DNA of 64,000 nucleotides. Origin: a virus. Its lineage: Duplodnaviria > Caudoviricetes. How positions within the stretch are numbered: position 1 is the stretch's first letter; every line of letters starts with the position of its first letter. Below are positions 34,599 through 44,930 of the stretch, one piece after another. The position numbers were made by a program, and so were the translations under genes. A model generated the notes under the pieces. It was not told the DNA's origin, ran no database searches, and saw only the letters and a program-made list of their open reading frames with translations. Location: positions 28,488-92,487 of the IMG/VR virus record IMGVR_UViG_3300044723_005784; one strand, written 5' to 3'.

Positions 34599-35972
34599 AT
34601 GAGTGATTATCTAGACGATGCACAAATAGCAAAAGCCAGGCTCGCCGGCATAAGTGGCAGTTTCTGTTTGGCTAAATGGAAGCAAACAAGCCTGCACTTA
34701 ACCACAGGACATACTAACAGTTGTTACCATCCGCCATTGCATAAGATTCCTGAAGAGTCTCTTGCAGATAATCCAAGTGCCTTGCACAACACTGCGCATA
34801 AAAAAGAACGCAGGGCTGAAATGGTTGACCCGTTTACTAAAGTAAAGCATAGTGAATGTGACTACTGTTGGAATATAGAAAAACAAGGCAACATGAGCGA
34901 CAGACATTATCGTAGTGGCGAGCCCTGGGCAATGGACAGTTTTGAAGAGATTGTCGCTAATCCATTAGCAGACATTAATCCCAGCTATGTTGAGGTTAAC
35001 TTTAATAATGCTTGTAATTTAGCGTGTAGTTATTGTAGCCCACAGTTTAGTAGTACCTGGACAGCGGAAGCAAAAGAACATGGTGCATGGCCCACTAGCA
35101 CTCCACATAACGACCCAGCACACTTTACTGGAGAACGTAGAGCTATACCCAACAAGGACACTAACCCATATCGTGAAGCATTCTGGAAGTGGTGGCCCGA
35201 CCTTTACAAAGATCTCAAGCACTTTAGGATGACAGGTGGTGAGCCACAGATGGATCCCAATACATACAAGGTGTTTGACTATGTACTGGACAACCCCAAA
35301 CCTGACTTACACTTAAACGTTACCAGTAACTTTAGCACAGAACCCCGGGTATGGGACAAGTATAAAGAATATGTGCAACGATTAACAGCACAACCAGGAA
35401 CAGTGGAACACTTTATGCAGTTTGTCAGTCTGGATACCTGGGGCAAACAAGCAGAGTACATACGTCACGGACTGGACTTTGGCCTGGCAATAAATAGATG
35501 TGAAGAGTTTATAACAGACGTCCCCGAGCGTTCAAGTTTAACCTTTATCATAACAATGAATAACCTAAGCATTGTTAACCTCAAACGGTTATTGGAACAT
35601 ATCTTATACTTGCGCAAAACCCACACTACTACGTACCAACGCATATGGGTTGACACTCCGTTGTTACGCACACCAGAATGGCAGAGTATACAGATACTTC
35701 CCAAGAGCTACCAACAATGTTTATGGGATTGCATTAATTTTATGACAGATAATCAGGATGAGATGCATGGATTTAAAGACTACGAAGTATTAAAAATGCG
35801 CCGTGACTTGCAATGGATGCAACAAGGAACATCTGATATAGAACGAAAACAAGCAGACTTTTACCGATTCTTTAATGAACACGATCGTCGAAGAGGCACT
35901 AACTTTATTGAGACTTTCCCAGAGATGGCAGAGTTTTGGAGTACATGCGAATATAATGCAAACAGACCTTGA
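34599..35972 (+). CDS. Radical SAM protein 1 with N-terminal Twitch/SPASM-like domain
   Basis: CNLACSYC, TGGEP; N-terminal C...CYH...CDYCW. Confidence 0.85.
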   Translation: MSDYLDDAQIAKARLAGISGSFCLAKWKQTSLHLTTGHTNSCYHPPLHKIPEESLADNPSALHNTAHKKERRAEMVDPFTKVKHSECDYCWNIEKQGNMSDRHYRSGEPWAMDSFEEIVANPLADINPSYVEVNFNNACNLACSYCSPQFSSTWTAEAKEHGAWPTSTPHNDPAHFTGERRAIPNKDTNPYREAFWKWWPDLYKDLKHFRMTGGEPQMDPNTYKVFDYVLDNPKPDLHLNVTSNFSTEPRVWDKYKEYVQRLTAQPGTVEHFMQFVSLDTWGKQAEYIRHGLDFGLAINRCEEFITDVPERSSLTFIITMNNLSIVNLKRLLEHILYLRKTHTTTYQRIWVDTPLLRTPEWQSIQILPKSYQQCLWDCINFMTDNQDEMHGFKDYEVLKMRRDLQWMQQGTSDIERKQADFYRFFNEHDRRRGTNFIETFPEMAEFWSTCEYNANRP

Positions 35973-37275
35973 ATACAAGCAACAAATCCTGGACCCAAAG
36001 AGTGCTAGTTTCTGTGGTGCTAAATGGTATAACGCTACTGTATGGCTAGGGTCAGGCATGACTACTAGTTGTCATCATCCACTGCCTCATAAGATTGATC
36101 CAATAGCAGTGCAATCTAATCCCAAACTCCTGCACAATACTCCAGAGAAAAAAGAACAGCGCAGACAAATGCAATGTGGTGAACGTCCTGCGGGCTGTCA
36201 ATACTGCTGGAAGATTGAAGATATGGGAGAGACCTATATCAGTGACCGCGTATATAAAAGTAAGGTATATACTGATGAGGAACTTAATGATGCATATACC
36301 ACAGATTTTAATGAAGACATTAACTTACATACACTTGAGATTGCCTTTGACAGAACTTGTAATTTTGCTTGTAGCTATTGTAATCCTGCTTTTAGTACTA
36401 CTTGGGTAAAAGATTTAAAGAAAAACGGCAGCTATACTGATCTTGTTAGTGATGGGCGTAATCATTTTACACACGAACATAGCAGTTCACAACTATTTGG
36501 ATTGAACGAATACAATCCTTATGTGGAAGCGTTCTTTAAATGGTGGGATACAGACTTACATCGCACGTTACGTGAGTTAAGGATTACCGGCGGTGAGCCA
36601 CTTATGAGTCCTGAACTTTGGAAGTTACTAGATTGGTTTAAGAAAGAGGATAATACATCAGACTGTAGTATTGCTATTAACAGCAACCTAGGTAGTAAAC
36701 CAGAGTTGATTGATCGGTTAGTTGAAGCAAAACAACACTTGCCTAGCCTAGACGTTTATACAAGTTGTGAAGCGACAGGATCCCAAGCAGAGTATGTACG
36801 CGATGGGTTAGACTACGAGTATTGGTGGACTAACCTGGTAAGACTCAGTGAGTCAGGAATAAACACACATTGCATGATGACTATTAATGCATTAAGTTTA
36901 CCTTCGTTGCCTGATTTAATCTTCCGCATACTAGAAGAACGAAAGACGCGGGGTAAAGACTTTGCAGTTTTTAGTTTAAATATTCTTAGATTTCCTAGTT
37001 TTCAGAGTTGTTTAGTATTACCACAGACTGTTAAAGATACATGTGCAGGCAGGTTAAAATCAATACTATCCTGGGGCTTACATGAATTTGAACGAGGACA
37101 AGTTGAGAGACTTATTGAATACTTGCACACAGTAGAGACACCACACAGTGAAAGTTTTGAAATGCCCAAACTACACAACGATTTTAAACAATTCTACCAA
37201 CAATATGATGTAAGAAGAAATAAAAATTTTGAGATAACATTTCCAGAGTTAAAAGATTGGTTCAATGCACTATGA
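35956..37275 (+). CDS. Radical SAM protein 2 with N-terminal Twitch-like domain
   Basis: CNFACSYC, TGGEP, CHH...CQYCW; ATG at 35956 preferred over 35875. Confidence 0.85.
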   Translation: MQTDLEYKQQILDPKSASFCGAKWYNATVWLGSGMTTSCHHPLPHKIDPIAVQSNPKLLHNTPEKKEQRRQMQCGERPAGCQYCWKIEDMGETYISDRVYKSKVYTDEELNDAYTTDFNEDINLHTLEIAFDRTCNFACSYCNPAFSTTWVKDLKKNGSYTDLVSDGRNHFTHEHSSSQLFGLNEYNPYVEAFFKWWDTDLHRTLRELRITGGEPLMSPELWKLLDWFKKEDNTSDCSIAINSNLGSKPELIDRLVEAKQHLPSLDVYTSCEATGSQAEYVRDGLDYEYWWTNLVRLSESGINTHCMMTINALSLPSLPDLIFRILEERKTRGKDFAVFSLNILRFPSFQSCLVLPQTVKDTCAGRLKSILSWGLHEFERGQVERLIEYLHTVETPHSESFEMPKLHNDFKQFYQQYDVRRNKNFEITFPELKDWFNAL

Positions 37276-38567
37276 CAGAAGAAATCGAAAACATATATAG
37301 TGACTTTGACTATGGACAGAGAAAACCTCTGCATATTAAAGAGTCAGAATTAACAGAGCAAGAAACAGATCTTCTCATTAACAGCGATACATTCTGCATG
37401 TTACCCTGGATACATCTGCATGCTTACCCAGACGGCAAGGCATATCCATGTTGTTTAGCAAAGTATGAGCATCCTGTGGGGTCACTCAAGGATAACACTA
37501 TTGACGAAGTATGGCGTGATAAGCCCATGCAACAGATGCGACAGAACATGCTTGAAAACAAGCCTTGTGTGGAATGCACCAAGTGTTATGAACAAGAGGA
37601 GTCAGGTTTCTTTAGTATGAGAAACTCAAGTAACCAGACGTTTGGACACCACATTAAAGAATCTCTTAACAGCAACGAGTTAAAGATCCGTTACTATGAC
37701 ATCAGGTTTAGCAATCTTTGTAATTTTAGTTGTCGTAGTTGTGGAGATATCTTTAGTAGCAACTGGACAAAAGAGTATAAAGAGTACGGTTGGTTGCCCA
37801 AAGATGCTCCAAATGTAACTTATGCAGGTAGATTTAAAACAGATATCTGGGAACAAACATTGCCGCATGTGCCTTACTTCCAGGAAGTTTACTTTGCAGG
37901 TGGCGAGCCACTAATGATGCAAGAGCACTGGGACTTGTTAGATGAGTTAATTAAACAAGGTCGCACAGATGTTAAACTGGTATACAATACTAATTTTAGC
38001 GAGACAGAATTTAAAGGCAGAGACGTTTTTGAAATTTGGAAAGAGTTTGATGAAGTGAGCGTGGGGGCTAGTTTAGATGCTAGTTATGCGAGAGGTGAGC
38101 TCATGCGTAAAGGTACTAAGTGGAGCCAAACAGTAGCTAACCGTGAACGTATGCTAAAAGTTTGTCCTGATGTAGACTTTTATATTTCAAGCACACTGAG
38201 TATCATGAACAGTTATCATATTCCAGATTTCCACAAAGAATGGATTGAGATAGGGTTATTAGAACCAATGGATTGGAATATTAATATATTACAAAGTCCA
38301 GAGTATTATAGAATTGATGTATTACCAGAGGTAATGAAACAAGAAGTTCTTGCAATTTATAATGACCACATTGCTTATCTAGAAGACAAAGATCGATTTA
38401 AACGTGCCATCAATGGATTTAAAAGCGCAATGAACTATATGTCAGGAACAGACAACAGTAGTTTAATCCCTGAACTATTGAAAAATTTAGATAAGATGGA
38501 TAACCTGCGTAAAGAAAACTTCTTTGATATATTTCCAGAATTGGTGAGGTTAAGAGATCATGGATGA
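37272..38567 (+). CDS. Radical SAM protein 3 with N-terminal Twitch-like domain
   Basis: CNFSCRSC, AGGEP, CMLPW..PCC..CTKC; ATGA overlap. Confidence 0.85.
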   Translation: MTEEIENIYSDFDYGQRKPLHIKESELTEQETDLLINSDTFCMLPWIHLHAYPDGKAYPCCLAKYEHPVGSLKDNTIDEVWRDKPMQQMRQNMLENKPCVECTKCYEQEESGFFSMRNSSNQTFGHHIKESLNSNELKIRYYDIRFSNLCNFSCRSCGDIFSSNWTKEYKEYGWLPKDAPNVTYAGRFKTDIWEQTLPHVPYFQEVYFAGGEPLMMQEHWDLLDELIKQGRTDVKLVYNTNFSETEFKGRDVFEIWKEFDEVSVGASLDASYARGELMRKGTKWSQTVANRERMLKVCPDVDFYISSTLSIMNSYHIPDFHKEWIEIGLLEPMDWNINILQSPEYYRIDVLPEVMKQEVLAIYNDHIAYLEDKDRFKRAINGFKSAMNYMSGTDNSSLIPELLKNLDKMDNLRKENFFDIFPELVRLRDHG

Positions 38568-39738
38568 AGATAAAAAATGTATACTTCCTTGGATTAGTTT
38601 AGAAACTACCCCATTAGGAAAAGTTAGGCCCTGCTGTTTGTCAACAGTTGAAATACCTGACATAGATTTAACCACTAACACCCTGCAGGATGCATTCTGT
38701 AGTCCATTCATGAACGGTCTGCGAGAAGCATTTAGTAAAAATAAACAACCTGGGTCGTGTGAACGGTGCTGGTCAGAAGAAAAAGCTGGCAAAAAAAGCA
38801 AGCGTGAATACATGTTGGAAAAATTTAAAGATACAGATGTTGACTACGAAAATATACTTGGAGAAAAACTGCAATTCCTAGATTTAAAACTGGGTAACAT
38901 ATGCAACCTAAAGTGTCGTATATGTGGTTCATGGAGTAGCAGTAAGTGGGCCCAAGAAGAAATAGTACAACATGGTAAAGAAAATATTGCAAGCCAATGG
39001 CTTAAACAAGGACAATGGCCCAGGAAGAGCAATAAGTTCTGGGAACATGTTGACAGTATTCTTCCTGATATTAAATATTTTGAATTTACTGGCGGCGAGC
39101 CTTTCTTAATCAAGCAACACTTTGATTTACTAGAACGTGCGGTATCAACTGGGTATGCACAGGACATAGACATACACTACAACACAAACGGAACACAATA
39201 CCCCAAGCAACTTCTGGTATGGAAACACTTTAAACATGTTCAGATTGCGTTTAGCATTGACAATGTAGGTAAACGGTTTGAGTATGAACGCGATGGAGCA
39301 AAGTGGGCTACTGTTAATCAGAATATTAACAAATTCCTAGCATTAAAAGAACAAGGGTATCCACTAAGTTTTCAGATCTGCGTTACTTGGAATGTTCAAA
39401 ACATTTTCTATATGAACGATTTCTTAGCCTGGGCGAAAACCAGTGGTATTGACGATATACATTTTAATCTAATGCATGATCCCTGGGAGTTTAGTTTATC
39501 TAGATTACCCAGGTCAATGGTGGCACCACTGATGATGGTATTACAAAAATGTCAGATCCTGCATCCACAATACAAGGATCAGATCATTAGTCTTAAAGAG
39601 TTTGCAATGACTAGTTTGAACGACGGCAATGCAAACACAGGCGAAGCATTAAGGAAGAAGTTAGATCAGACTGACACGCAGCGTGGTGTTGTATTCGCTG
39701 AAACTCATCCTGAAGTAGCAAAAATGATTGGCTATTAG
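38560..39738 (+). CDS. Radical SAM protein 4 with N-terminal Twitch-like domain
   Basis: CNLKCRIC, TGGEP, CILPW..PCC..CERCW. Confidence 0.85.
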   Translation: MDEDKKCILPWISLETTPLGKVRPCCLSTVEIPDIDLTTNTLQDAFCSPFMNGLREAFSKNKQPGSCERCWSEEKAGKKSKREYMLEKFKDTDVDYENILGEKLQFLDLKLGNICNLKCRICGSWSSSKWAQEEIVQHGKENIASQWLKQGQWPRKSNKFWEHVDSILPDIKYFEFTGGEPFLIKQHFDLLERAVSTGYAQDIDIHYNTNGTQYPKQLLVWKHFKHVQIAFSIDNVGKRFEYERDGAKWATVNQNINKFLALKEQGYPLSFQICVTWNVQNIFYMNDFLAWAKTSGIDDIHFNLMHDPWEFSLSRLPRSMVAPLMMVLQKCQILHPQYKDQIISLKEFAMTSLNDGNANTGEALRKKLDQTDTQRGVVFAETHPEVAKMIGY

Positions 39739-39740
39739 TT

Positions 39741-40241
39741 ATGTCAAATAAGATTGCATTTGGGTGTAGTCATACCTATGGTACAGGCGTTCAACCAGAT
39801 GAAGCTTGGCCTGCCTTACTAAGGGCGGTTAATTGTGGCAAACCAGGATGCAGTACTGATTATATTACTAGGATATGTGAGGAACAAATAGTTAAACATA
39901 AGTCTACTATAGCGTATTTTTTCTGGCCAGACTGGACTAGGTTTGAACATAACCACGAACAAATTATGCCTAATACCCATCCACATATGTATAAAGATCG
40001 TACAGATAAGTGGCTACAAGATAACAGAGAAGATAAGATAGTTAGAATAGAAAATATTTGCAGCAAGCACGATGTGTTAATGGTGAGTATATATATGGAA
40101 GATTTGTTTGGTATCATCGATAATTGTGACAGGTGGCCTTTAGGCACAGACAGAAGCCATTTCGGCCCGCAGTGGCATAAGTGGCTATCTGATATATTTC
40201 AAATTAAACAGAGTTTTAAAGAATATGAAAAAACCAGATAA
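39741..40241 (+). CDS. SGNH/GDSL-hydrolase-like protein
   Basis: AFGCSHTYG block I and C-terminal DRSH.GP..H. Confidence 0.55.
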   Translation: MSNKIAFGCSHTYGTGVQPDEAWPALLRAVNCGKPGCSTDYITRICEEQIVKHKSTIAYFFWPDWTRFEHNHEQIMPNTHPHMYKDRTDKWLQDNREDKIVRIENICSKHDVLMVSIYMEDLFGIIDNCDRWPLGTDRSHFGPQWHKWLSDIFQIKQSFKEYEKTR

Positions 40242-41523
40242 CCTCTGTATGGCACCTTGGACACATACCTATCTTAGTCCACAGACAGAAAGACGCCTAT
40301 GTTGTGCGAGCAGAGAACCTGCACAGAGTTTTACACAATACATTGACACTAATGCTGGTGATAACGTATACACTCCGCAGAGTTTGGATGAATACTGGAA
40401 CAGTGAACGTATCCGTAGAGTAAGACGTGATATGATGAATAATATTGTTCCAGCTGAGTGTGAAGTTTGTGATAAGAAGTTGCTTAACACCAACGTTTAT
40501 CGTGATTACTTTGGTCATTTGTTTGCACACAAATATCCCGAGGTTGTTGCTAGCACAGACGATACTGGTTATACTACAATGAAGCCAGTTAGCTGGGACT
40601 ATCGTTTCAGTAACTTGTGCAACTTTAAATGTCGTATGTGTGGCCCTATGCTAAGTTCAAGCTGGGAAACAGAAGCACGTAAACAAGGAAAAATAGAACC
40701 TTGGATGGAGCCAGCAGTAAAAGAACAAATTAGCAACTATCAAGACACACAAATAGAAGCTGAGTTTAGTCAAGCAGTCGAAGAACATCGCATAGAAGAG
40801 ATATACTGGGTAGGCGGAGAGCCACTAATGTACGAACAGCATTGGCGATATATGCAACGTATTATTGAACTGGGAGATGGCCCAGGATTGTATGCTAGAT
40901 ATAACACCAATCTCAGTAAGGTCGACTATAAAGGCATTAACCTGTATAATGATATATTAACTAAGGTAAGAGACTGGCAAATTTGTGCAAGTCTGGACGG
41001 TGTAGGAGAAGTGGGCGAGTATATCCGTACAGGATTAAATTACGATAAATTCATAGCAAACTTTAAACAAGGGTTGCGTTATACTAAAAACCGTAGACAA
41101 ATGCGGTTGGACTTTACACTAACAACTCCTGGGCTTGGGCAAATACTAAAAATACAAGAGCTAGCACGAGAATTAGATGTAGACTTATTAGTAAAGGTAT
41201 GCTTTTCGTTTGGACCAGACATCGCAATGAGTCCTTTGTTCTTGCCCAAAAGAGAACTTCATGCTATAATTAATAGAGTATTACCATTGACCGATACTGC
41301 AATGCGTGATGTGTTAACAAACTTACTTGAACGCCCGACGTTCGAAGAGGAATACCCAGAAAAATATGTCCAAGCTAGACGCAGGGCCAAAAAGCGTATG
41401 GAAAGTCTAGATACACGTAGAAAAGGGATAACGTTTGTTGATACATTACGTATTGGCAATGATCCATGGATATACGGCAAACTAAAAACATGGTGGAATT
41501 CAATTGATACGAATAGTCCTTAG
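40225..41523 (+). CDS. Radical SAM protein 5 with N-terminal Twitch-like domain
   Basis: CNFKCRMC, VGGEP, CMAPW..LCC..CEVC. Confidence 0.85.
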   Translation: MKKPDNLCMAPWTHTYLSPQTERRLCCASREPAQSFTQYIDTNAGDNVYTPQSLDEYWNSERIRRVRRDMMNNIVPAECEVCDKKLLNTNVYRDYFGHLFAHKYPEVVASTDDTGYTTMKPVSWDYRFSNLCNFKCRMCGPMLSSSWETEARKQGKIEPWMEPAVKEQISNYQDTQIEAEFSQAVEEHRIEEIYWVGGEPLMYEQHWRYMQRIIELGDGPGLYARYNTNLSKVDYKGINLYNDILTKVRDWQICASLDGVGEVGEYIRTGLNYDKFIANFKQGLRYTKNRRQMRLDFTLTTPGLGQILKIQELARELDVDLLVKVCFSFGPDIAMSPLFLPKRELHAIINRVLPLTDTAMRDVLTNLLERPTFEEEYPEKYVQARRRAKKRMESLDTRRKGITFVDTLRIGNDPWIYGKLKTWWNSIDTNSP

Positions 41524-42520
41524 TAATGAAACAGATGATGATATAGATTATACTATAACACCAAATGATACACAACTTGCACATGATTGGCAAGTGGCAT
41601 TAAAAGATAATATTAGGGCAAACCTGCGTCTAGAAAAAAACTTCTGTTTTTTAGGCTTTCCTAACGGAGTGCGCAGTATTCGTGTTATTTGTGTTGAGTT
41701 AAATCAGCATATTGATGTTGTTAATTCTAGTAATATAGGATATCGTATTCCAGAACATTTCTGTAAAGACTCTGTTATGTACGACCTTGAAAAGTTTAAT
41801 TTTGATAGTGATACTAATTACTTCAAGCATGATATATTAAATCAATTACATAATCATTTTGAAGTACTACAAGGGACTGTGGAACATGTCAGTGACTATT
41901 ACATAAATGCTAACGATAAGGTTAAAAATAGTATTAAGCATTTGAATTATCTATGTCATGAGTTAGAAAATCAAATACTTGCAACGATAAAATCTGTTCG
42001 TAATCCAGAATGGGTAAGGCCCAGTCAAATTACCCAATTTGATAATGCACCTCGCTTACATTTAACAGACGAACATAGACAAGGCTTCGCTGTAAACGGC
42101 TATGATCGTGTATTTGGTGGGGTATACACACACTGGTGTCAAATTGGCAAGACCTATTTTGAAGTCTTCAGGGATGAGGGTGCTCCAAAACTAACAGATG
42201 CGGTATGCGATGCTATCACGGACTTACAGTATTACAGCGGAGAGTTTGATATTGAATGGGGCAGAGATGTTGTTCGTAACGGTGAAAACAAATGGCACAA
42301 TTCCCAAATAGATAGATATTACGAATGGTTAGAAGAAAACAATAAAGATATCACTGACCCTAAACTAAGTTTGGGATATTTACCGATTGGCCAGGTGGAC
42401 TTAATGTCTAGTTTTGGATCTACTGACCCCGATACGATTTGGAAATTATTAAGCAAGTACTTAAATATTTCTAAGATAGAAATAGATGGCGTAATAGCAC
42501 ACTACGATTATGGATGGTAA
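41504..42520 (+). CDS. Hypothetical protein (LNQLHNHFE / LNYLCHELE possible metal-binding helices)
   Basis: 338-aa ORF in the operon; TTG start uncertain. Confidence 0.65.
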   Translation: MIRIVLSNETDDDIDYTITPNDTQLAHDWQVALKDNIRANLRLEKNFCFLGFPNGVRSIRVICVELNQHIDVVNSSNIGYRIPEHFCKDSVMYDLEKFNFDSDTNYFKHDILNQLHNHFEVLQGTVEHVSDYYINANDKVKNSIKHLNYLCHELENQILATIKSVRNPEWVRPSQITQFDNAPRLHLTDEHRQGFAVNGYDRVFGGVYTHWCQIGKTYFEVFRDEGAPKLTDAVCDAITDLQYYSGEFDIEWGRDVVRNGENKWHNSQIDRYYEWLEENNKDITDPKLSLGYLPIGQVDLMSSFGSTDPDTIWKLLSKYLNISKIEIDGVIAHYDYGW

Positions 42521-42527
42521 CAGACTT

Positions 42528-42629
42528 ATGAAATGGATTAAAAATTTAATTAACAGAATTAAACTTGAGATACAATATCGCAAGAGACTTAAAGAACTTA
42601 GAAAAAGAGATCCTTTTATCTACAAATGA
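42528..42629 (+). CDS. Small basic 33-aa peptide MKWIKNLINRIKLEIQYRKRLKELRKRDPFIYK
   Basis: Translated by hand; fills the intergenic gap and overlaps the carbamoyltransferase start (ATGA). Confidence 0.7.
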   Translation: MKWIKNLINRIKLEIQYRKRLKELRKRDPFIYK

Positions 42630-44152
42630 AAAACAAAACAATTATGGGCGTGAGTGCGGGGTTTCATGATGCTGGTGTCAGTGTCGTAGACGGCGACGGC
42701 AACATATTATTTGCAGGCCACAGCGAACGCTATAGCAAAGTTAAAAATGATGCTACCTTGAACCCAGGCATAATGGACGAGGCACTCGGCTACGGTATGC
42801 CTGCTGAAATAGCTTGGTATGAAAGACCATGGCTAAAAAAGACACGCCAAATTTATAGCGGTGAATGGCGAAAGGCGTTATCTGATAAAAGTCCTCGGGC
42901 GCATCTATCTCCGTATTTTGACGATATACTGGTAAAATCTGTTAACATAGACAGTACACCTACTAGAAGAATTCGTACATACAGCCATCACTTGAGTCAT
43001 GCAGCAGCAGGATTTCAAACCAGCCCATTTGAAGAAGCAATGGTTGTCGTCATCGATGCCATAGGAGAATGGGATACTATTACAGCATGGCGAGCTTGGT
43101 ATGACGACGATGGTCATGCACGATATCAGAGGGTCTATAGACAGTTATATCCTCATAGTTTAGGTTTGTTTTACAGTGCTATGACACATCGTATTGGTCT
43201 CAAGCCTATGGAAGAAGAGTATATTCTAATGGGTATGGCTGCATACGGTACAAAAGATGCATATCGTGATGTATGGGAAATGGCTATTGATCAGGATCAC
43301 AAACAAAAATTTAAACGAAACTTTCATACAGGCATAGAATACGAGTTTGGTGCACAGTATGGTAAGGAGACTCTTGCTCGTGCAACTCAACTTGTTACCG
43401 AACGTTTTTTAGGAACTTTTATGCGACAACTTGCAGGCACACGTTGGGGTTTACACTTACAAAATTGTGTGTTCATGGGTGGAGTTGCTCTTAACTGTGT
43501 AGCAAATAGTCACATAAGAGACATATGGAATGACATGTGGATCATGCCTAACCCAGGAGATTGTGGTTCAAGTTTGGGCGCAGCCGCACTAGCATATGGT
43601 AAAAAGTTAAACTGGCAAGGCCCATACCTAGGTACAAACATCCCGGGAGAATATCCAAGCGAAGAGATAATTGGCGAACTACAGCGTGAAGGCATAGTAG
43701 GAGTTGCAAGTGGTCGTGCAGAGTTCGGACCACGTGCGCTAGGTAATCGTAGTTTACTTGCAGATCCTAGAGGCGAAGATATAAAGGATCGTGTAAACGA
43801 AATTAAACGCAGGCAAAAGTTTAGGCCGTTTGCTCCTATGATACTTGAGGAGCATGCAGAAGATTATTTTGTTATGGATGGTGATAAAAGTCCATACATG
43901 CAACATACCTATAGATGTAAATATCCTGAACGTTTTCCTGCTATCGTGCATTATGATGGTACAAGTCGTGTGCAAACCGTTGGTAAGGATGATAAGACCG
44001 GCGCTAGGGATTTGTTAGAGAAATGGTACGTGCTAACAGACTGCCCTATGCTACTAAACACTAGTCTTAATATTCGTGGAGAGCCTATGGTTAATGATCG
44101 CACAGATGCAGATCGTTTTGAGAAAAAATATGGAGTAAGAGTATGTTCCTAG
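42626..44152 (+). CDS. Carbamoyltransferase, NodU/CmcH/TobZ family
   Basis: HDAG, ERYSKVK, HHLSHAA, GGVALNC, EFGPRALGNRSLL, RPFAP, LLNTSLN. Confidence 0.93.
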   Translation: MKNKTIMGVSAGFHDAGVSVVDGDGNILFAGHSERYSKVKNDATLNPGIMDEALGYGMPAEIAWYERPWLKKTRQIYSGEWRKALSDKSPRAHLSPYFDDILVKSVNIDSTPTRRIRTYSHHLSHAAAGFQTSPFEEAMVVVIDAIGEWDTITAWRAWYDDDGHARYQRVYRQLYPHSLGLFYSAMTHRIGLKPMEEEYILMGMAAYGTKDAYRDVWEMAIDQDHKQKFKRNFHTGIEYEFGAQYGKETLARATQLVTERFLGTFMRQLAGTRWGLHLQNCVFMGGVALNCVANSHIRDIWNDMWIMPNPGDCGSSLGAAALAYGKKLNWQGPYLGTNIPGEYPSEEIIGELQREGIVGVASGRAEFGPRALGNRSLLADPRGEDIKDRVNEIKRRQKFRPFAPMILEEHAEDYFVMDGDKSPYMQHTYRCKYPERFPAIVHYDGTSRVQTVGKDDKTGARDLLEKWYVLTDCPMLLNTSLNIRGEPMVNDRTDADRFEKKYGVRVCS

Positions 44153-44157
44153 CACAT

Positions 44158-44490
44158 ATGAAAAAATGGATTGGTGCATACCTACTAGCACTACTAGTTC
44201 TAATGATTGTAATAGATGAACCCAATGACGACTATCCACAGTGGATATGGTGGTTAACCATACCTATAGTGCTCTGGAAGGTTCCTCCCTTTAGTGTAGG
44301 TGATTGGTTCTGGGGTAAGGTAACTAATATGTTGGCATGGATATTGCGTCCCTTTACACGTTGGCAAACAACTTGGCCACGTTGGGTGCAATGGGTATTT
44401 GGCATTGTTTTAATCGTACTGTTTGAAGAGTTCGTCTTACGTCCTCTTGGCTATACAATGTATCCATGGAGAATGGATTTAGGACTGTGA
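44158..44490 (+). CDS. Trp-rich membrane protein
   Basis: Two to three hydrophobic segments. Confidence 0.6.
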   Translation: MKKWIGAYLLALLVLMIVIDEPNDDYPQWIWWLTIPIVLWKVPPFSVGDWFWGKVTNMLAWILRPFTRWQTTWPRWVQWVFGIVLIVLFEEFVLRPLGYTMYPWRMDLGL

Positions 44491-44930
44491 AAGACAAGCA
44501 CAAACGAGCACATATGAAGGCAGCGTTTGCATACGCTGAATGTAGCACTGCGGTTAGACTACAGGTTGGCTGTGTAATTGTAAAAGACAATCGTGTGATT
44601 AGCATTGGCTATAATGGCATGCCTAGCGGCTGGACTAATGAATGTGAGACACAATTTATGACAGGCAATGGCACTGCGGATCATATTGAGTTAGTGACTA
44701 AACCAGAAGTGCTTCACGCAGAGTCTAATGCTATTGCTAAACTAGCTCGTTGTAGTGAGAGTGGTGAAGATGCTAGTGCTTTTATCACACATCAACCTTG
44801 TATGGAGTGTGCTAAACTCCTATACCAAAGCGGTATTCGAGAAGTGTATTACGTCCATCCCTATAGACTAGACGCTGGACTAAAGTTCCTTAAAGAATGT
44901 AAAATACCTGTTGAACAAATGAATGTTTGA
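44487..44930 (+). CDS. dCMP deaminase
   Basis: IGYNGMP, HAESNAI, PCMECAK zinc motifs; GTG start overlapping the previous stop. Confidence 0.9.
   Translation: MKDKHKRAHMKAAFAYAECSTAVRLQVGCVIVKDNRVISIGYNGMPSGWTNECETQFMTGNGTADHIELVTKPEVLHAESNAIAKLARCSESGEDASAFITHQPCMECAKLLYQSGIREVYYVHPYRLDAGLKFLKECKIPVEQMNV

Noticed and set aside
35875-35955. Longer N-terminus of radical SAM 2 given by the ORF track
   Set aside because: It overlaps the conserved C-terminus of radical SAM 1 by about 100 bp; ATG 35956 fits better.
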